From an uncultured Gammaproteobacteria bacterium (GTDB lineage: Bacteria; Patescibacteriota; Patescibacteriia; UBA9934; GWF2-40-263), in assembly GCA_964402425.1 (NCBI GenBank), contig CAYOCD010000006.1:1-56417 (forward strand): a DNA stretch of 56,417 bases. The letters are read 5' to 3'. Position numbers and translations under genes: made by a program. Of this stretch, positions 1 through 9,476 are shown in pieces; positions within the stretch are counted from its first letter, which is position 1, and every line of letters starts with the position of its first letter. The notes below the pieces were generated by a model. That model was not told where the DNA came from. It did no database searches and saw only the letters and a program-made list of their open reading frames with translations.

Positions 1-3000
1 TTTGGACGTTTTTCTGCACAGGATGAGCCGATGCAGTTGCCGAGCGAGGTGATGATTGGAGGATTTGGCGTAGAATTTAAAGATCCTGCTTTAATAGACC
101 AGTTCGCTGTTGAACGATCATCCCAAAACCACAAATCACCTTGTTTAACACCTGATCCTGTATATTTTTTATTCTCATCTTTGTAATCAAGCAATTCGTA
201 TACCTGAGCAAAGATCAAACTCAAACGCTTTTTTGCATCTGATTGATTAAAATCGCTTGAAATCGATAATGCTCCAAAGTTCTGGTTTTTATCGATACAG
301 ACAAAGCCATCATCAAGACTGATTTTATTCTTGCTTGCCTCTGGATTTTTGACACACTTTTTTGTTAAACAATCTTCATCATTTGTACAGTCTTTATTCG
401 GACCAGCTGTACAAGAACCGGTTCCTTTACACTCACCGCCAGTCTTTATACAAAGTTTAGTTTTTGCATCATCTCCACAAGTTGCATTGCAATCAATATC
501 ACTTGCACAAGTACCCCCTGCTCTTGGTCCTGTGTTACATTTTCCAGATGTTTTTCCAGATTCAACGACACACTTCCATTTTCCAACACACTGTGTGCTC
601 TGAAAACTACAAATTCCTTTTTTATAAAAAGGGTTACAGTCTTGCGCCGCAGTATTTGGATCACAATAACTACCTATTCCATCTGCTTTTTGAACGACAA
701 GAGACACCTTAGAAAACGCACGTGCTTCCGTTGGGCTACTCAAGACATCAGGCTCAGCACAAACACCATCCGTCTTTGCCATAACATTGCCGCACATCAA
801 AATACTTTTTGGTACGCCAATCTGATCTATTTCATCTTTGACTTGACCGAAAATCTTTGGTTCGGCAACCACGCTATAGCCAGCAAAATCATCGTGGAAG
901 CCTGTTGTTGTTTTGAATTTGGATGCTTGCCAAACACGATCTGTCCAAGCGGCATTCAAATTTCCCTCCACTCCACCTTGAGCAACCTGTACAACATTTT
1001 TACACGCAGCGAACTCATTGAAACTAAACTTTAAATAACGATATCCGCTCGAATCAGACCCACCAACATCACCACTACTTGAGATTTGATTCGGTTCTTT
1101 TCCAAGATGTGTAGACACATCAAAGACACCTTTTACCGAACAGTCCTGGTAATATTTTCTGGCCGTGTCCCAATCACCACTCTTTGTGAAGTAATAAATA
1201 TCCACTGAATTCTGATTGGTAAACATTGAAGTCAGAGAATCAAATGTCTTGATTTTTTTATCCTTTACCATCTTTGGAGTCAAACATTCTTCACCGGCTT
1301 TACCATCTGTATCCGTTGTCTTCTTTGAACCTTTGGGAACACAGAAATAAGGATAATCATTATCGTAATTATCGTACGTGAAACCCTGCTCGTCATCATT
1401 TGAACAGAGAGGAACATCACTTGATCCTTTGGTTGCATTATCGCCACATGGCTCAGCAACCGCAAAATAATTTTCAGGACAATAAATGTTTGAAGCGGCT
1501 TTGTCAGTGTCTTTAAAATAAGACTGACCCGAAGCATCGCTACATCCCCCGCCTGTTTCTGCACAAGCAAAACCGGAAGAAGTCGGTAAATCCCAAGCCA
1601 CTCCAGGCTGCGCACAATAGTAGGTGTTTGATGCAATCTGATATCCAGCACTCATATCCTTCCCATACAAATCTGTTGCGCCGGATAATTGATCAACCGG
1701 AAGCCATGTGAGACACGCTTGATCTTTTGCTTCCGTACTTCCATTCAGTTGGATGGAGGTGTCCTTTTCAAGACAATACCCCTGCCAACCAAACATGGTG
1801 TTTGTGGTAGACAGCTGTTGGCATAAACCCGTAACAGCCTGTGTTGTTGGTGGTTTACTCATGTCGTCTGTTCCATCTGCTTTTTTCGCATAAATAGCTC
1901 CCACGGAACATTCTTCATCTGTATTACAGACTTTTCCTTCTTTTAGCCCACCTGTACAAATTCCTGATGGCACTTTTTGATTTTCAAGTCCCGAAAGGTT
2001 TGTTGGATAATAACGAGATTCAACTCCTTTTCCATAAACTGCTTTTGTATAACTACAGAGACATTCGTCATTTGCTACACAATTATTTCCTTCTTTATCA
2101 CAAATTGGTGTACAAACTTTTGAAGCGTCATAACCAGAAACAAACTGTGCGGGAGTAGAAATAGATGATGATAATTCAATAATTGATTTACCGTTAACTA
2201 TTTTTGACATGGACCCACTTGTTTTCATGATTCCTACAGACGAAGCGACAATCTCTTTTGGTTTTGGAAATACTTTCCACATCGCCACTACTTTTTGTGG
2301 AAACGGTGAATCGAATTCTGGGTATCCTCGGCAGGATTGAATGTTGTCTGATTTGTCTTTTTGGAGTGGTTCCGCGAATCCGTTTCCATCAATATCGCGA
2401 ATATCCGTGAGACATCGGTTTTGGTAACACGTACCCGCAGCCGTTGTTGTGGCTGTGACACATTTTTGTCCTGTAGCACAAGGGTTTTCACCATTAGCAC
2501 CACATGCCCATGCAAGATCCGGCTTATTGAGCAAGCGATCAACACAAACTCCCTGAACAGGATCGCATATTTTTGCTGCCGCTTGCGTATCACAATCATT
2601 ATCTACAAAACACTTCACATCACTCACTTGTTGACAGTATCCGAACACACAAGTGTCATCGGTTCCGCAATTTTTATTTGAGGAACAAGCCGTCTTTGTG
2701 TTTTTACAGAATCCAACTGTACAAGCTGAAGCATCCGCACCGGAACATGGACCTGCATTATTAACTAATCGATAATCTGAAGGGGCATCTACACAATCAC
2801 CCTCTGTTTGGAGACATCCCAAATTTGTTTCACAAGACTTTGCCGTGTTCTTCTCACACCATTTCTTTGGATTCAAATTGAATTGATTGAATCGTTCAAC
2901 CGGTAATTGGTGAGGAATTTGATAACCGGAATAATCTGTTCCCGCCCAGCTTACATCACGTGAAGAGTAATACTGTTCTGTCATGACAACCGGATTACGT

Positions 3001-6000
3001 TCAGACCATGATGCGCATTGTGCTTGATCTCCCTGAGAGCCGGATTGTGTGCACAAATTTACAGAATCACAAATCTGAATGTATTTGTTTGAACCCGCAT
3101 CCCATGTAGTGCGAGAACTATTACACGCAAGCCACGCCGCACACGTACGATCACGATTTACTTTCAAGACGGTGTTGGAATCGTCTTGCAAAGACAAGGA
3201 TGGATCAACTTCACGACAAGTTCCCTGAATTCCTTTTTGTAATTTTGAATCAAGAACAGGACAGTCAGAATTAAACAAGCAAGACCGTTCGTTCCAATAA
3301 ATCGAATTTGTTGGTTTCATTGCAGAAGGTGTAAGTAATACATCTCCCTTGAGTGACAATTTGTAATAACAACGACGTGCACACAAATTAACCGTCAAAT
3401 CATTTGCGGGGTGCGGCACACCCTGAATATTCTGATCTGCTTCATTCAATTTCTTTGCCGTTTCTGGCGAGATCGCAAACGATCCCCCACCCTGCGTACA
3501 GCTAATTGGATCTACCAAACTATTTTCCGGTTTGTTAAGTAACAAGTCTGCGTGCATAGAAAGCACATAGCTTGCACTTGAGTTGTACTTGCGTTGTGAA
3601 ATGGTGGTGTTGTCAAACAAGGCACACCCTGCTTTTTGTCCAACTTTTCCTTCACATTTTTGTGTAAGGGTCACGGAATTTTCAAGGAGCTTATCATTGT
3701 TGATGATGTAATAAGATTTCCCCTTTCCGTGATTCTCTGGACTTGTGTCTGTGGCATCAATGAGTTCCGTACAACGATTTGCACTTGTCTCACACGCACC
3801 AATCCAACCATCATAAGCAGCATCACCATTTTTCCAAATTTGTGATTCATCCCCCGAGATCAAGTAAGCACTATCTGTATTTGGATCAAATTTATTGTTT
3901 GCATTCTTATCCTCCCAGTAACACGGCTCAGACTTTCCAGAACGGAACCAACCATTAAACGATTTGCTTCCGATTGATACAGAGGTTTTGTATTCACACG
4001 TCTTATCAAACGGATTCTTAAAGTAGAAGTTTCCGTCTTTTGCGGAGGAGAACTCATCACAGAACAATGATTGATTCTCACACAAAATATTTTTGTAATC
4101 GTCTGGTGTATCAAGAACGTATCTTGATTCAAATTTTGTCACCGTCTTTAAATCTTGCGCAAATGTTGGAACACCAACCTCGCGGCATCCTTTAAACGCT
4201 GCGTTGCATTGTGCGCTTCCATTATCCACAAGGAATATGGATTGATCTTGTGGAGTCACAACCGTTTCTGGACCGTACACAATCGCGAATTTTGTTCCGG
4301 TGTCGTTTGGAAGAGGATCTGCGAACACTTGTTTTGCAGAGAACACACAGTAATTTTGTCCAGCGCTGATGGTGCAGTACGTCACTCCATTTACAACACA
4401 TGGCTTATTTGTTGTTGATGGCACGCCTTTTGGCAGTGTTCCACTACCAACGTTCACACAACGTGCATTTGCCACTTGTGCATAAGCGGATTCTGAATTG
4501 TATGTGTTGTAAAACGCAGAACAACCGATCGCTTTTTCGGAACAAACGCGTGTAAATTGATAATAACTTTCCTCTTTTCCTTTTCTATCCGTATACGCTT
4601 TACATCCCAAATAATACTGCGGAGAAACAGCTCCGTTTGGAGACTGATCACAAACAGCCGGAGTCACCCACGAATCTTTAATGCGTGTAATATTTTCCGC
4701 GGTCTGTGTAAGGGTGATGTTATCGACAAAGAATTCTTTTTTGTCTTTTGTTATAAAGAATAATTTTGCGTCTTTGTCGAACGTTGCAAAACTGTTTGTA
4801 TCCATTGGACCCACGTCATACACACTCCATGTGTTTGTGAGATCCATATTTTCCACAAAGAAATGTTTGGTTCCATTTGTATCAACGAACCCTGCAGACA
4901 ATTGTCCTGTTCCTTTTGCCCAGAATTGCATGGTGTAGATCTTTCCTTTTACCAAATTTGTTGACAATGCCGCAGGAATAGTTTGAATTCCAGCATTATC
5001 ACTCGATGCAATTACACGCAAAGAATGTCCACCTGAAGAAACAGACTCGTTACTTGGTTGTGCGATTGCAGAAGCGGTTGTCCCAAATGAACCGATAGTT
5101 CCGCCTTCAAAGACTTCATTCAAAATCGTGGTTGCGTTGCGTCCTGCTCCACCTGTATATTCACGACATCCGTTTTCTGCCGCAGAACAAACTTTTGATT
5201 CTTTTTGCAATCCAAAGTATCGGCAGAATCCTTGTGTTGTCCAGAATCCACCAGACGCAGAACAATCAGCCAATGTAGATGTATTTTTTCTGTACGCAAC
5301 ACAGGCAGAATCAACCGTCACAGTTTTGGAGAAGAGACGATAGTGAATATCTCCCGCGTTATCAAAGAATTCGCGACAATCTGGATTTGTAAAAATGTCT
5401 GTGTGTGCATCACAAGATGCGTCGACCGCAGGAGGGTTGATTTCTACACACTTTACAGAACTCTCACTTTCAAGACTTGGTTTGGTACATGGTGCTGCAT
5501 TGACATCCGATTGCAACAATTGCCAGGTTTTCAATTGAAAACCTGAATTATCAGATCCTTCCCATGTGAAATACGTTGCAGATATTTTGTTTGGAGAACC
5601 ATCCGCCATTTGAGGTGTCAAACAAGCGCGCAAGTTCGTGTAATACTCTTGCGATTCCCCGCCGCTTGTTCCGAGTTTTGTGAATCCATCACATCCAATC
5701 GCTTTTGCAGAACAAACCCCCGCTTTATCTGCAATAAAGTGTACAGGGAATTTTGCAGATTCGTATTTGGTTCCTTCTTGTCTGTACGAATCATAACCTA
5801 CACAGGTATTCGGACAGGCATCGAGCGCGGAAGCAATTGCAGAAACGGAAGGGCCGGATTCTTTTGGTGCGTATAAATTACATCCAATATCAAGCGCGGA
5901 ACAAACCGGCGCATAATTAGCACATTCTGCCGGATCCGATTCAAGCCCCTTACAACCAAGATAGCTAGGCGCAACTTTTATGAAAGATTTTGTAGGTGAT

Positions 6001-8648
6001 GCTGTGTTGTAGCCATCCTGAAAGGAAGATGCAGCTTCACCCGTTTCTAATTGAATACCGTCGTACTGTACTTTTGGTGCACTTGAATTCAAATCATATA
6101 AACCAACCTCCACTTGCGCAGCTGTTGCCGGCAATGTGAACGTACAAGTGAATCGCTTCCATTCATTTGCTGTTGAAAGTGTTTTTTCGATCTTGTAATG
6201 ATTGCCTCCGACAGGAAGACAATCTCCCCCAAATGAAAGCCCACTAAACGAGATATTTACTCCGGTTACTGTTTCTGGGTACAGAGCTACATCAATCTTT
6301 TGATTTGCATCCGTTGCTTTTGCGTAAAGACTAAACGTATAAAAACTTCCGGAACTTGCTTGAACCGTTTGATAATAATACCCATTATTTGTTTTTGCAC
6401 TCTTAGCGCCATCAACCGTATCGCCATCAACTGTAAATGATGTTGCGTTTACGTTTGTATTACGCCATCCGTCTGGAGTGCCATTTTTATCTTCATCCTT
6501 TTCAAAACTTCCATTTTGAACAAGGTTAAGTGTGAGTCCGCTATTTTTTACGTTCAACTCCGTACATCCAGATTGAGCAGCGTCACATTGTTTTACGCTA
6601 TGTGTTGTATATAAACGATCTTGATAAGAATAGCTCGGAGCATTCGATCCGTTGTAACGGAGCGTATCTGATGTTGCAACCACGTCATACGTCGGTGCGC
6701 CTGTAAACCACTGAAATACTCCTGCGGAGTCTGCCACTTTTTGTGTTTTATTCCAAAGACAACCCGCATTTTGCTTTGTACAATTTGCGTTGTCCACCGT
6801 GTTCAACAAATAGGATGCCGTTTTTCCGCTTTTTGTGTTTGAGAATGTTAAACAGGTCGCATACTGTGCAGGGCATTCATCGCCTTTTACGCGCCAAATA
6901 TTTTTTTCTTGAACACAATACCCAAATCCTTCGACACACTTTCCAGAGCTATCTTCCCCAATACATGTTGGGGCGTCTGCACAAACACTCTGACGTCCAG
7001 TCGCCTGTGCACTCACACGAATTTCTCCGTTTACAGATGCTCTACATTGCGATTCCGGAGCTTTCAACACCCAGTTTGGGTCAATAAGGTGACACCACGG
7101 ATGACTCGCATCAAGTTGTCCTTGTGCATTACAGTCATTAAATCCAGCAACAATCTCTTTGAGAGATTTAGGGTTGTTCAATGAGTTTTTCTCTGCAGCT
7201 AATTCCCAACCGATAGAGATAATGCGAGCTTTGCGCAACTTCACCAAGTTTCCATAACAAAAACCATAGGTATAACAAAGACGATCTTGGTTTGCAGATT
7301 GATCTTTTGGAGAAATAAGTGGCCAATCTCCGTTTAAGACTTTTTGATCAATCGCCTCTTGCACGGTAAGAGCCCCAGTACTTCCTCCACGACTAATTGC
7401 TGACACAACACTCACGTCAATAACACAAGAATTGAGTCCGCGATTCCCCGTTCCGTCTGGTGGACACTGAGCAAATTCTCCCAAAAGATCAAATTGAGGA
7501 TTTGCAACCGGTGTTGCGGTAAAAATTCCTCCAAGATCTGCTTTGGTTGCGTCTTTATTATTTCCACCCACCAATTCTGTATTAAATGGATCTGCATTCT
7601 CTGGCTGCGGAGAAAACAATCCCTTATAAACACGATTAAACAACTGTGATGTAAGGGTATTTGTAAATGTTGAAACAGACATGTTCAAAAGTCCGTACCA
7701 AACATCTGGGTTTGCAAGGATATCCCCCGGTTTAATTTTATTTTCATCTCCTTTTGCGGCTTTCAATTGATCATCAAACTGCTTTGCCACAATAGCAGCA
7801 GGTGTTTTTGTTTGCCCTGTAATTAAATCTTTTACGTTTGTAAATCCCCCAATTGAAATAGATCCGATTTGCTCTGCAACCCCCAACTCTGCTTTCTTTT
7901 GTGCCGCCTCATTTGTGAGTTGCAAAAACCCAATGGAAGCACCCAATTCATTATTTCCAGGCTTTAACCCTTCCGCAAGTTTATTAAATAAAAATGTATC
8001 ACGCGCATCTTTATCATTACTGAGCAGGGCGGATGCATCTGAAACAACCTGACCCCACTGAGTACTGATAGAATTGAAATCACACTTTGGTTGTTGAATC
8101 GTATAATTTTGTTTAATACTCAACTGAAGATTCAAACGAATCACTGGATTTGGAGGAACACACAAATCCAAACCAAAGGACTCTTTAGTAATATCACTCA
8201 AATTTCCGAATGCTTCTCCCGCAATATCAACAAGAATTCCCTGTCTGGTTCCGTCTGGGTTCTTTTGATAAAACATGGAACTCTCCCCCGGACCTCCGTT
8301 TGCAATGTATACTGCCGCTTCATAGGCAATACGATTACTAGCGAAAGAAACAAAATCAATGAGCGCTTTCACGGCGACCATTTTAAGAGATGGTGTAATG
8401 ATTTTGTCCCAAAGCGTTTTATTTGCTTCCGCTACAGCTTCTGGTGGACAGGTACTTGGAACTGCACCACTTTTTAAACAAGCTGCTCTTGCTAAATTTG
8501 CCGCAAGTTCTGTCCCGGCACTTGGATCCGCAGCCAAAACAGGTGTTGGTGCTGACAACATGAGTCCACTTGAAATGACTCCGATCAAAAAAACAAAAAC
8601 GAGCCCCCTACTAATCCATTGTCTTTTTTTCTTGAAAGAATTCATCAT
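1..8648 (-). CDS. Giant Cys-rich secreted/surface protein (>2,882 aa; 3' end cut by the window edge)
   Basis: I read the reverse complement by hand. ATG-ATG lies at 8648/8645, and the N-terminus MMNSFKKKRQWISRGLVFVFLIGVISSGLMLSAPTPVLA/ADPS is a signal peptide or anchor. The frame (codon first bases at coordinates = 2 mod 3) shows no stop down to base 1. It is absent from the ORF track, presumably because no stop lies inside the window. All 7 minus-strand ORFs listed in 1-8650 sit in one other frame. Confidence 0.9.
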   Translation of the reverse strand, partial: MMNSFKKKRQWISRGLVFVFLIGVISSGLMLSAPTPVLAADPSAGTELAANLARAACLKSGAVPSTCPPEAVAEANKTLWDKIITPSLKMVAVKALIDFVSFASNRIAYEAAVYIANGGPGESSMFYQKNPDGTRQGILVDIAGEAFGNLSDITKESFGLDLCVPPNPVIRLNLQLSIKQNYTIQQPKCDFNSISTQWGQVVSDASALLSNDKDARDTFLFNKLAEGLKPGNNELGASIGFLQLTNEAAQKKAELGVAEQIGSISIGGFTNVKDLITGQTKTPAAIVAKQFDDQLKAAKGDENKIKPGDILANPDVWYGLLNMSVSTFTNTLTSQLFNRVYKGLFSPQPENADPFNTELVGGNNKDATKADLGGIFTATPVANPQFDLLGEFAQCPPDGTGNRGLNSCVIDVSVVSAISRGGSTGALTVQEAIDQKVLNGDWPLISPKDQSANQDRLCYTYGFCYGNLVKLRKARIISIGWELAAEKNSLNNPKSLKEIVAGFNDCNAQGQLDASHPWCHLIDPNWVLKAPESQCRASVNGEIRVSAQATGRQSVCADAPTCIGEDSSGKCVEGFGYCVQEKNIWRVKGDECPAQYATCLTFSNTKSGKTASYLLNTVDNANCTKQNAGCLWNKTQKVADSAGVFQWFTGAPTYDVVATSDTLRYNGSNAPSYSYQDRLYTTHSVKQCDAAQSGCTELNVKNSGLTLNLVQNGSFEKDEDKNGTPDGWRNTNVNATSFTVDGDTVDGAKSAKTNNGYYYQTVQASSGSFYTFSLYAKATDANQKIDVALYPETVTGVNISFSGLSFGGDCLPVGGNHYKIEKTLSTANEWKRFTCTFTLPATAAQVEVGLYDLNSSAPKVQYDGIQLETGEAASSFQDGYNTASPTKSFIKVAPSYLGCKGLESDPAECANYAPVCSALDIGCNLYAPKESGPSVSAIASALDACPNTCVGYDSYRQEGTKYESAKFPVHFIADKAGVCSAKAIGCDGFTKLGTSGGESQEYYTNLRACLTPQMADGSPNKISATYFTWEGSDNSGFQLKTWQLLQSDVNAAPCTKPSLESESSVKCVEINPPAVDASCDAHTDIFTNPDCREFFDNAGDIHYRLFSKTVTVDSACVAYRKNTSTLADCSASGGFWTTQGFCRYFGLQKESKVCSAAENGCREYTGGAGRNATTILNEVFEGGTIGSFGTTASAIAQPSNESVSSGGHSLRVIASSDNAGIQTIPAALSTNLVKGKIYTMQFWAKGTGQLSAGFVDTNGTKHFFVENMDLTNTWSVYDVGPMDTNSFATFDKDAKLFFITKDKKEFFVDNITLTQTAENITRIKDSWVTPAVCDQSPNGAVSPQYYLGCKAYTDRKGKEESYYQFTRVCSEKAIGCSAFYNTYNSESAYAQVANARCVNVGSGTLPKGVPSTTNKPCVVNGVTYCTISAGQNYCVFSAKQVFADPLPNDTGTKFAIVYGPETVVTPQDQSIFLVDNGSAQCNAAFKGCREVGVPTFAQDLKTVTKFESRYVLDTPDDYKNILCENQSLFCDEFSSAKDGNFYFKNPFDKTCEYKTSVSIGSKSFNGWFRSGKSEPCYWEDKNANNKFDPNTDSAYLISGDESQIWKNGDAAYDGWIGACETSANRCTELIDATDTSPENHGKGKSYYIINNDKLLENSVTLTQKCEGKVGQKAGCALFDNTTISQRKYNSSASYVLSMHADLLLNKPENSLVDPISCTQGGGSFAISPETAKKLNEADQNIQGVPHPANDLTVNLCARRCYYKLSLKGDVLLTPSAMKPTNSIYWNERSCLFNSDCPVLDSKLQKGIQGTCREVDPSLSLQDDSNTVLKVNRDRTCAAWLACNSSRTTWDAGSNKYIQICDSVNLCTQSGSQGDQAQCASWSERNPVVMTEQYYSSRDVSWAGTDYSGYQIPHQLPVERFNQFNLNPKKWCEKNTAKSCETNLGCLQTEGDCVDAPSDYRLVNNAGPCSGADASACTVGFCKNTKTACSSNKNCGTDDTCVFGYCQQVSDVKCFVDNDCDTQAAAKICDPVQGVCVDRLLNKPDLAWACGANGENPCATGQKCVTATTTAAGTCYQNRCLTDIRDIDGNGFAEPLQKDKSDNIQSCRGYPEFDSPFPQKVVAMWKVFPKPKEIVASSVGIMKTSGSMSKIVNGKSIIELSSSISTPAQFVSGYDASKVCTPICDKEGNNCVANDECLCSYTKAVYGKGVESRYYPTNLSGLENQKVPSGICTGGLKEGKVCNTDEECSVGAIYAKKADGTDDMSKPPTTQAVTGLCQQLSTTNTMFGWQGYCLEKDTSIQLNGSTEAKDQACLTWLPVDQLSGATDLYGKDMSAGYQIASNTYYCAQPGVAWDLPTSSGFACAETGGGCSDASGQSYFKDTDKAASNIYCPENYFAVAEPCGDNATKGSSDVPLCSNDDEQGFTYDNYDNDYPYFCVPKGSKKTTDTDGKAGEECLTPKMVKDKKIKTFDSLTSMFTNQNSVDIYYFTKSGDWDTARKYYQDCSVKGVFDVSTHLGKEPNQISSSGDVGGSDSSGYRYLKFSFNEFAACKNVVQVAQGGVEGNLNAAWTDRVWQASKFKTTTGFHDDFAGYSVVAEPKIFGQVKDEIDQIGVPKSILMCGNVMAKTDGVCAEPDVLSSPTEARAFSKVSLVVQKADGIGSYCDPNTAAQDCNPFYKKGICSFQSTQCVGKWKCVVESGKTSGKCNTGPRAGGTCASDIDCNATCGDDAKTKLCIKTGGECKGTGSCTAGPNKDCTNDEDCLTKKCVKNPEASKNKISLDDGFVCIDKNQNFGALSISSDFNQSDAKKRLSLIFAQVYELLDYKDENKKYTGSGVKQGDLWFWDDRSTANWSIKAGSLNSTPNPPIITSLGNCIGSSCAEKRP

Positions 8649-8654
8649 ACAATT

Positions 8655-9380
8655 CTATTGCTTTGGAGTTTCAACGGTTTTGGTTCCCTGAACGGCTGCG
8701 CCGCCCGTTGTAAGTGAATCAAATTGCCCTTCAGCGGACGCCTGGCTAACCGCAGCCTCAAATAATTTTTGCAAATCTTCGTCACTAATTTTATCAACCT
8801 CTTCTTTTGCCATTCCTGATTGAATCAATGCAGAACGAATTTCTTGTGCCGTTGCCGCTTTAAAAAACTTCTGGACATCTTCTGCACTTCCAAATTTAAG
8901 TTGGCCGGACTCTAAAATCCCCTCATTTCCCGGAACAGACCCGAGAATTCCTTGAGGAGTCGATTCGATTGTATTTGCAATCTCTCCAGACGCATTACAA
9001 TTTTTGCCTTGAGGACAGTTTGGATCTGTTCCTGCAAAAACTTCTGTTTTATCTTCCGTACTGTCTGAATCAGAATCTTTCAAATAAGGACTTGTCTTAT
9101 AGACATACAGCTCGTCGTAATCCGAAAGTCCATCACTGTCTGTATCTATCTTTTTTTGTTCTTCTGCTTCTTTTGAATCTTTTGCGTAAGGATTTACAAC
9201 GTCTTCGCCCGTATAATACTTGGCGAACTGTTGTTGAATTGGGCGATACAACTGAGAACCAAACGATCTAAATCCAAAAATAATTCCACCAAACCCCAAA
9301 AAAACCAAAAGAGCAAAAGCAATTTTCTGCTCCGCTTGTAAAACCGAACGGGGACGATTTTGAATTCTCCGTGTCGCCAT
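8655..9380 (-). CDS. Small membrane-anchored protein with a thrombospondin-type-3-like Ca-binding motif (DTDSDGLSDYDE...DSDSD)
   Basis: This is track ORF 8655..9452. I prefer the internal start MATRRIQNRP at 9380, which is followed by the TM segment IAFALLVFLGFGGIIFGF. Its TAG stop lies 6 nt upstream of the giant ORF ATG. Confidence 0.75.
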   Translation of the reverse strand: MATRRIQNRPRSVLQAEQKIAFALLVFLGFGGIIFGFRSFGSQLYRPIQQQFAKYYTGEDVVNPYAKDSKEAEEQKKIDTDSDGLSDYDELYVYKTSPYLKDSDSDSTEDKTEVFAGTDPNCPQGKNCNASGEIANTIESTPQGILGSVPGNEGILESGQLKFGSAEDVQKFFKAATAQEIRSALIQSGMAKEEVDKISDEDLQKLFEAAVSQASAEGQFDSLTTGGAAVQGTKTVETPKQ

Positions 9381-9393
9381 AATTTGTACCGTT

Positions 9394-9402
9394 ATTATAG
9401 CA
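9394..9402 (-). promoter_or_regulatory. Extended -10 (TGcTATAAT) upstream of the TSP3-like/giant-protein operon
   Basis: The minus strand reads cctgcTATAATaacggtacaaattATG. There is no convincing -35. The resulting leader would be very short. Confidence 0.35.
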
Positions 9403-9449
9403 GGAGAATTGTGTGTGGGGTAGCAACGAATTGGGGACAAACATACCAA

Positions 9450-9476
9450 CAAAAAAACAGGAAGTGGACTCCTGTT
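9450..9476 (-). terminator. Rho-independent terminator after rsmA
   Basis: Stem ACAGGA/TCCTGT with a 7-nt loop, followed by a T-run on the minus strand, immediately after the rsmA stop. Confidence 0.7.

Noticed and set aside
1-8650. The absence of long ORFs in the track over 8.6 kb suggested stop-codon reassignment (code 4/25) or a pseudogenised or non-coding region.
   Set aside because: One minus-strand frame is completely open in the standard code. It is unlisted only because it has no stop inside the window. The intact large genes elsewhere and the prfB CTT-TGA-C site show that UGA is a stop.
8646-8657. The upstream 8655..9452 ORF and the giant ORF are in the same frame, separated by a single TAG, so they might form a readthrough fusion.
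   Set aside because: The giant ORF begins with its own ATG-ATG and a classical signal peptide, which would make no sense internally. Translational coupling is the simpler reading.
331-8691. About 35 short plus-strand and off-frame minus-strand ORFs (60-130 aa) listed across the first 8.7 kb.
   Set aside because: All lie inside or antisense to the giant ORF, have low-complexity or odd composition, and lack recognisable motifs. They are shadow ORFs.
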